64,000 nucleotides of DNA from contig JBHGNT010000016.1 in NCBI GenBank assembly GCA_043228905.1, forward strand, positions 372,001-436,000, written 5' to 3'. Positions 57,006-64,000 of the stretch are shown here, in pieces (position 1 is the first letter of the stretch; every line of letters starts with the position of its first letter). The notes under the pieces are model-generated. The model was not told the DNA's origin and did not search any database. It saw only the letters and a list, made by a program, of their open reading frames with translations. The translations under genes were made by a program, and so were the position numbers. The DNA comes from Azolla caroliniana. Taxonomy: Eukaryota; Plantae; Polypodiophyta.

Positions 57006-59150
57006 CGATTCGCATGTTTGAACATAAAAATCCGATATCACACGAGCCTGGTATGAACATTTTAATTTACTAACGCGCTCTTCTCCACTACGTCCTCAAA
57101 TTTACTAATTTCTTCATGTCTCTCGACCTGAGTTTCAAAATCTTGATTTTTTATATGTATATTAGAGCTACCGTTGTTAGCTTCGATTCGCATGTTTGAA
57201 CACAAAAATCCGATATCACACGAACCACGTATGAACATTTTAATTTACCTACTAGCGCTTATCAACTCCCTCCTCAAATTTGCTAATTTCTTCATGTCTC
57301 TCGACCTGAGTTTCAAAATCTTGATTTTTCAATTCCATATTAGTGCTATCAGAGCTAGCGTTGTTAGCTCTGATTCGCATGTTTGAACATAAAAATCCGA
57401 TATCATACGAGCCAGGTATGAACCTCTTAATTTACCTACTAGCGCTTGTCAACTCCCTCCTTAAATTTGCTAATTTCTTCATGTCTCTCGACCTGAGTTT
57501 CAAAATCTTGATTTTTTAATACCATATCAGAGCTAGCGTTGCTAGCTTCGATTCGCATGTTTGAACACAAAAATCCGATATCACACGAGCCTGGTATGAA
57601 CATTTTAATTTACTAACGCGCTCTTCTCCACTACGTCCTCAAATTTACTAATTTCTTCATGTCTCTCTACCTGAGTTTCAAAATGTTGATTTTTTATATG
57701 TATATTAGAGCTAGCGTTGGTAGCTTCGATTCGCATGTTTGAACACAAAAATCCGATATCACACGAGCTAGGTATGAACATTTTAATTTACTAACGCGCT
57801 CTTCTCTACTACCTCCTCAAATTTGCTAATTTCTTCATTTGTGTCGACCTGAGTTTCAAAATCTTGATTTTTTAATTCCATATGACAGCTAGCGTTGTTA
57901 GCTTCGCTTCGCATGTTTGAACAAAGAAATCCGATATCACAAGAGCCAGGTATGAACATTTTAATTTACTAACGCGCTCTTCTCCACTACCTCTTCAATT
58001 TTGCTAATTTCTTCATATCTCTCGAGCTGAGTTTCAAAATCTTGATATTTTAATTCCATATCAGAGCTAGTGCTGTTAGCTTCGATTCGCATGTTTCAAC
58101 ATAGAAATCCGATATCACACGAGCCAGGTATGAACATTTTAATTTACCTACTAGCTCTTGTCAACTCCCTCCTAGAATTTGCTAATTTCTTCATGTGTGT
58201 CGACCTAAGTTTCAAAACTTGATTTTTTAATTCCATATCACAGCTAGCGTTGTTAGCTTCGATTCCCATGTTTGAACACAGAAATCAGATATCACTCGAG
58301 CCTGGTATGAACATTTTAATTTACTAACGTGCTCTTTTCCACTACCGCCTCAAATTTGCTAATTTCTTCATGTCTCTCGACCTGAGTTTCAAAATCTTGA
58401 TTTTTCAATTCCATATCAGAGCTAGCGTTCTTAGCTTTGATTCTTATGTTTGAACACAAAAATCCGATATCACACGAGCCAGGTATGAACATTTTAATTT
58501 ACTGACTAGCTCTTCTCAACTCCCTCCTCAAATTTCTTAATTTCTTCATGTCTCTCGACCTGAGTTTCAAAATCTTGATTTTTTAATTCCATAACAGAGC
58601 TAGCGCTGTTAGCTTCGATTCACATGTTTGAACACAAAAATCTGATATCACACGAACCACGTATGAACATTTTAATTTACCTACTAGCGCTTGTCAACTC
58701 CCTCTTCAAATTTACTAATTTCTTCATGTCTCTCGACCTGAGTTTCAAAATCTTGATTTTTCAATTTCATATTAGTGCTAGCGTTGTTAGCTTCGATTCG
58801 CATGTTTGAACACAAAAATCCGATATCACACGAGCCACGTATGAACATTTTAATATAACCTACTAGCTCTTGTCAACTCCCTCCTAAAATTTGCTAATTT
58901 CTTCATGTCTCTCGACCTGAGTTTCAAAATCTTGATTTTTTAATTCCATATCAGAGCTAGCGTTGTTAGCTTCGATTCGCATGTTTGAACATAAAAATCC
59001 GATATCCTACGAGCCAGGTATGAACCTTTTAATTTACCTACTAGCGCTTGTCAACTCCCTCCGCAAATTAGCTAATTTCTTCATGTCTCTCGACCTGAAA
59101 TTCAAAATCTGGATTTTTCAACTCCTTAACAGAGCTAACGTTGTTAGCTT
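57006..59150. repeat. 12-mer HOR variant, 2,145 bp, copy 2
   Basis: Same structure as 44177-46321 at offset 12,829 (70-aa marker ORFs at 44345 and 57174). Confidence 0.93.
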
Positions 59151-62100
59151 CGATTCGCATGTTTGAACACAAAAATCCGATATCACATGAGCCACGGATG
59201 AACATTTTAATTTACTAACGCGCTCTTCTCCACTACCTCCTCAAATTTGCTAATTTCTTCATGTCTCACGACCTGAATTTCAAAATCTTGATTTTTTAAA
59301 TCCATATCTGAGCTAGCGTTGTTAGCTTCGATTCGCATGTTTGAACACAAAAATCCGATATCACACGAGCCACGGATGAACATTTTAATTTACTAACGCG
59401 CTCTTCTCCACTACCTCCTCAAATTTGCTAATTTCTTCATGTCTCTCGACCTATGTTTCAAAATCTTGATTTTTTAATTCCATATCAGAGCAAGCGTTGT
59501 TAGCTTCGATTCCCATGTTTGAATACAAAAATACGATATCACACGAGCCACATATGAACATTTTAATTTACCTACTAGCTCTTGTCAACTCCCACCTGAA
59601 ATTTGCTAATTTCTTCACGTCTCTCGACCTGACTTTCAAAATCTTGACTTTTTAATTCCATATTAGAGCTAGCGTTGTTAGCTTTGATTCTTATGTTTGA
59701 ACACAGCAATCCGATATCACACGAGCCAGGTATGAACATTTTAATTTACCTACTAGCTCTTGTCAACTCCCTACTCAAATTTGTTAATTTCTTCATATCT
59801 CTCGACCTGAGTTTCAAAATCTTGATTTTTGAATTCCATATTAGAGCTAGCGTTGTTAGCTTCGATTCACATGTTTTAACATAAAAATCCGATATCATAC
59901 GAGCCAGGTATGAACCTTTTAATTTACCTACTAACGCTTGTTAACTCCCTCCTCAAATTTGCTAATTTCCTCATATCTCTCGACCTGAAGCTTCAAAATC
60001 TTGATTTTTTAATTCCATAACATAGCTAGCGCTGTTAGCTTCGATTCACATGTTTGAACACAAAAATCCGATATCACACGAGCCACGGATGAACATTTTA
60101 ATTTACCTACTAGCGCTTGTCAACTCCCTCCTCAAATTTGCTAATTTCTTCATGTCTCTCGACCTGAGTTTCAAAATCTTGATTTTTTAATTCCATATCA
60201 GAGCTAGCGCTGTTAGCTTCGATTCACATGTTTGAACACAAAAATCCGATATCACACGAGCCTGGTATGAACATTTTAATTTACTAACGCGCTCTTCTCC
60301 ACTACGTCCTCAAATTTACTAATTTCTTCATGTCTCTCTACCTGAGTTTCAAAATGTTTATTTTTTATATGTATATTAGAGCTAGCGTTGGTAGCTTCGA
60401 TTCGCATGTTTGAACACAAAAATCCGATATCACACGAGCTAGGTATGAACATTTTAATTTACTAACGCGCTCTTCTCTACTACCTCCTCAAATTTGCTAA
60501 TTTCTTCATTTGTGTCGACCTGAGTTTCAAAATCTTGATTTTTTAATTCCATATGACAGCTAGCGTTGTTAGCTTCGCTTCGCATGTTTGAACAAAGAAA
60601 TCCGATATCACAAGAGCCAGGTATGAACATTTTAATTTACTAACGCGCTCTTCTCCACTACCTCTTCAATTTTGCTAATTTCTTCATATCTCTCGAGCTG
60701 AGTTTCAAAATCTTGATATTTTAATTCCATATCAGAGCTAGTGCTGTTAGCTTCGATTCGCATGTTTCAACATAGAAATCCGATATCACACGAGCCAGGT
60801 ATGAACATTTTAATTTACCTACTAGCTCTTGTCAACTCCCTCCTAGAATTTGCTAATTTCTTCATGTGTGTCGACCTAAGTATCAAAACTTGATTTTTTA
60901 ATTCCATATCACAGCTAGCGTTGTTAGCTTCGATTCCCATGTTTGAACACAGAAATCAGATATCACTCGAGCCTGGTATGAACATTTTAATTTACTAACG
61001 TGCTCTTTTCCACTACCGCCTCAAATTTGCTAATTTCTTCATGTCTCTCGACCTGAGTTTCAAAATCTTGATTTTTCAATTCCATATCAGAGCTAGCGTT
61101 CTTAGCTTTGATTCTTATGTTTGAACACAAAAATCCGATATCACACGAGCCAGGTATGAACATTTTAATTTACTGACTAGCTCTTCTCAACTCCCTCCTC
61201 AAATTTCTTAATTTCTTCATGTCTCTCGACCTGAGTTTCAAAATCTTGATTTTTTAATTCCATAACAGAGCTAGCGCTGTTAGCTTCGATTCACATGTTT
61301 GAACACAAAAATCTGATATCACACGAACCACGTATGAACATTTTAATTTACCTACTAGCGCTTGTCAACTCCCTCTTCAAATTTACTAATTTCTTCATGT
61401 CTCTCGACCTGAGTTTCAAAATCTTGATTTTTCAATTTCATATTAGTGCTAGCGTTGTTAGCTTCGATTCGCATGTTTGAACACAAAAATCCGATATCAC
61501 ACGAGCCACGTATGAACATTTTAATATAACCTACTAGCTCTTGTCAACTCCCTCCTAAAATTTGCTAATTTCTTCATGTCTCTCGACCTGAGTTTCAAAA
61601 TCTTGATTTTTTAATTCCATATCAGAGCTAGCGTTGTTAGCTTCGATTCGCATGTTTGAACATAAAAATCCGATATCCTACGAGCCAGGTATGAACCTTT
61701 TAATTTACCTACTAGCGCTTGTCAACTCCCTCCGCAAATTAGCTAATTTCTTCATGTCTCTCGACCTGAAATTCAAAATCTGGATTTTTCAACTCCTTAA
61801 CAGAGCTAACGTTGTTAGCTTCGATTCGCATGTTTGAACACAAAAATCCGATATCACATGAGCCACGGATGAACATTTTAATTTACTAACGCGCTCTTCT
61901 CCACTACCTCCTCAAATTTGCTAATTTCTTCATGTCTCACGACCTGAATTTCAAAATCTTGATTTTTTAAATCCATATCTGAGCTAGCGTTGTTAGCTTC
62001 GATTCGCATGTTTGAACACAAAAATCCGATATCACACGAGCCACGGATGAACATTTTAATTTACTAACGCGCTCTTCTCCACTACCTCCTCAAATTTGCT

Positions 62101-64000
62101 AATTTCTTCATGTCTCTCGACCTATGTTTCAAAATCTTGATTTTTTAATTCCATATCAGAGCAAGCGTTGTTAGCTTCGATTCCCATGTTTGAATACAAA
62201 AATACGATATCACACGAGCCACATATGAACATTTTAATTTACCTACTAGCTCTTGTCAACTCCCACCTGAAATTTGCTAATTTCTTCACGTCTCTCGACC
62301 TGACTTTCAAAATCTTGACTTTTTAATTCCATATTAGAGCTAGCGTTGTTAGCTTTGATTCTTATGTTTGAACACAGCAATCCGATATCACACGAGCCAG
62401 GTATGAACATTTTAATTTACCTACTAGCTCTTGTCAACTCCCTACTCAAATTTGTTAATTTCTTCATGTCTCTCGACCTGAGTTTCAAAATCTTGATTTT
62501 TGAATTCCATATTAGAGCTAGCGTTGTTAGCTTCGATTCACATGTTTTAACATAAAAATCCGATATCATACGAGCCAGGTATGAACCTTTTAATTTACCT
62601 ACTAACGCTTGTTAACTCCCTCCTCAAATTTGCTAATTTCTTCATATCTCTCGACCTGAAGCTTCAAAATCTTGATTTTTTAATTCCATAACATAGCTAG
62701 CGCTGTTAGCTTCGATTCACATGTTTGAACACAAAAATCCGATATCACACGAGCCACGGATGAACATTTTAATTTACCTACTAGCGCTTGTCAACTCCCT
62801 CCTCAAATTTGCTAATTTCTTCATGTCTCTCGACCTGAGTTTCAAAATCTTGATTTTTTAATTCCATATCAGAGCTAGCGCTGTTAGCTTCGATTCACAT
62901 GTTTGAACACAAAAATCCGATATCACACGAGCCTGGTATGAACATTTTAATTTACTAACGCGCTCTTCTCCACTACGTCCTCAAATTTACTAATTTCTTC
63001 ATGTCTCTCTACCTGAGTTTCAAAATGTTTATTTTTTATATGTATATTAGAGCTAGCGTTGGTAGCTTCGATTCGCATGTTTGAACACAAAAATCCGATA
63101 TCACACGAGCTAGGTATGAACATTTTAATTTACTAACGCGCTCTTCTCTACTACCTCCTCAAATTTGCTAATTTCTTCATTTGTGTCGACCTGAGTTTCA
63201 AAATCTTGATTTTTTAATTCCATATGACAGCTAGCGTTGTTAGCTTCGCTTCGCATGTTTGAACAAAGAAATCCGATATCACAAGAGCCAGGTATGAACA
63301 TTTTAATTTACTAACGCGCTCTTCTCCACTACCTCTTCAATTTTGCTAATTTCTTCATATCTCTCGAGCTGAGTTTCAAAATCTTGATATTTTAATTCCA
63401 TATCAGAGCTAGTGCTGTTAGCTTCGATTCGCATGTTTCAACATAGAAATCCGATATCACACGAGCCAGGTATGAACATTTTAATTTACCTACTAGCTCT
63501 TGTCAACTCCCTCCTAGAATTTGCTAATTTCTTCATGTGTGTCGACCTAAGTTTCAAAACTTGATTTTTTAATTCCATATCACAGCTAGCGTTGTTAGCT
63601 TCGATTCCCATGTTTGAACACAGAAATCAGATATCACTCGAGCCTGGTATGAACATTTTAATTTACTAACGTGCTCTTTTCCACTACCGCCTCAAATTTG
63701 CTAATTTCTTCATGTCTCTCGACCTGAGTTTCAAAATCTTGATTTTTCAATTCCATATCAGAGCTAGCGTTCTTAGCTTTGATTCTTATGTTTGAACACA
63801 AAAATCCGATATCACACGAGCCAGGTATGAACATTTTAATTTACTGACTAGCTCTTCTCAACTCCCTCCTCAAATTTCTTAATTTCTTCATGTCTCTCGA
63901 CCTGAGTTTCAAAATCTTGATTTTTTAATTCCATAACAGAGCTAGCGCTGTTAGCTTCGATTCACATGTTTGAACACAAAAATCTGATATCACACGAACC

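Larger units (their letters stand above)
33493..59150. repeat. 12,829-bp tandem super-repeat (4 x 15-mer + 1 x 12-mer = 72 monomers), 2 copies; boundaries approximate
   Basis: Rare variants pair at an offset of exactly 12,829: C at 35417/48246, G at 37500/50329, C at 40759/53588, the variant monomer end at 41462/54291 and the 12-mer at 44177/57006. These markers are absent at the third-copy positions 61075 and 63158. Confidence 0.9.
1..64000. repeat. Tandem satellite DNA array, 178-bp monomer, ~360 copies, head-to-tail, putatively centromeric or pericentromeric
   Basis: The monomer start CG(A/C)TTC(G/A/C)CATGTTT recurs at 1, 179, 357, 534, 712, 890, 1068 and so on to the end of the window. 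No non-repeat sequence or strand switch was seen. The centromeric assignment is inferred only from the nucleosome-scale length and the HOR structure. Confidence 0.99.
30822..64000. repeat. Homogeneous 15-mer HOR domain, 2,671 bp unit: 10 complete units, 1 partial unit and two 12-mer variants
   Basis: 15-mer units start at 30822, 33493, 36164, 38835, 41506, 46322, 48993, 51664, 54335, 59151 and 61822 (partial). 2,671 = 15x178 +1 (CTGAAGCTTC) +1 (AATATAACC) -1 (TTTCAAAACTTG). The marker ORFs (31346, 34017, 36688 and onward) have the same spacing. Confidence 0.97.

Noticed and set aside
59790-60890. Private SNPs (59797, 59970, 60882; also 34858) as meaningful features
   Set aside because: These are singletons that cannot be told apart from recent point mutations or consensus errors. 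They are useful only as loose bounds on the 12.8-kb duplication.
1414-62555. The many 61-70 aa hydrophobic ORFs (MLASIRMFEHKNPISHEP...) as a small membrane peptide or toxin gene family
   Set aside because: Each spans about one monomer and stays open only where a SNP removes the TAA in TTTTTTAA. Most start at TTG, 178 is not a multiple of 3, and there are no promoters or intergenic regions. The hydrophobicity follows from the T-rich sequence. I used them only as positional markers.
1-64000. CRISPR array, or a cassette array of the integron or diversity-generating type
   Set aside because: There are no unique spacers or cassettes, since the entire 178-bp unit is homologous between copies. No cas, integrase or reverse transcriptase genes are present.
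1-64000. Embedded transposon, inversion or telomeric repeat
   Set aside because: The monomer register continues on the same strand throughout. The marker spacings I checked are explained by whole monomers plus the small indels listed.

Overview
The whole 64 kb is one uninterrupted, single-orientation tandem satellite array of about 360 monomers. The consensus monomer is 178 bp and about 38% GC by hand count (CGATTCGCATGTTTGAACACAAAAATCCGATATC...CATATCAGAGCTAGCGTTGTTAGCTT). I see no genes, RNA genes, transposon insertions or inversions, and every ORF in the track is a chance read-through of the monomer. The monomer length and higher-order organisation suggest a eukaryotic centromeric or pericentromeric satellite, but I do not recognise the family or organism. 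There are two domains. Positions 1 to ~30.8 kb are a patchwork of short, low-copy higher-order repeats (HORs; 5-, 7/8- and 10-mers) plus multi-kb block duplications, marked by length-variant monomers of 175, 177, 162 and 154 bp. Positions 30,822-64,000 are a very homogeneous 15-monomer HOR (2,671 bp) interrupted twice by a 12-mer variant (2,145 bp), which gives a two-copy 12,829 bp (72-monomer) super-repeat. The most interesting signals are a linked two-state ~20 bp box in the monomer, repeated mutations that perfect an internal quasi-palindrome, a chimeric monomer that appears to record how the 15-mer HOR formed, and a probable gene-conversion tract. All counts and alignments were done by eye.
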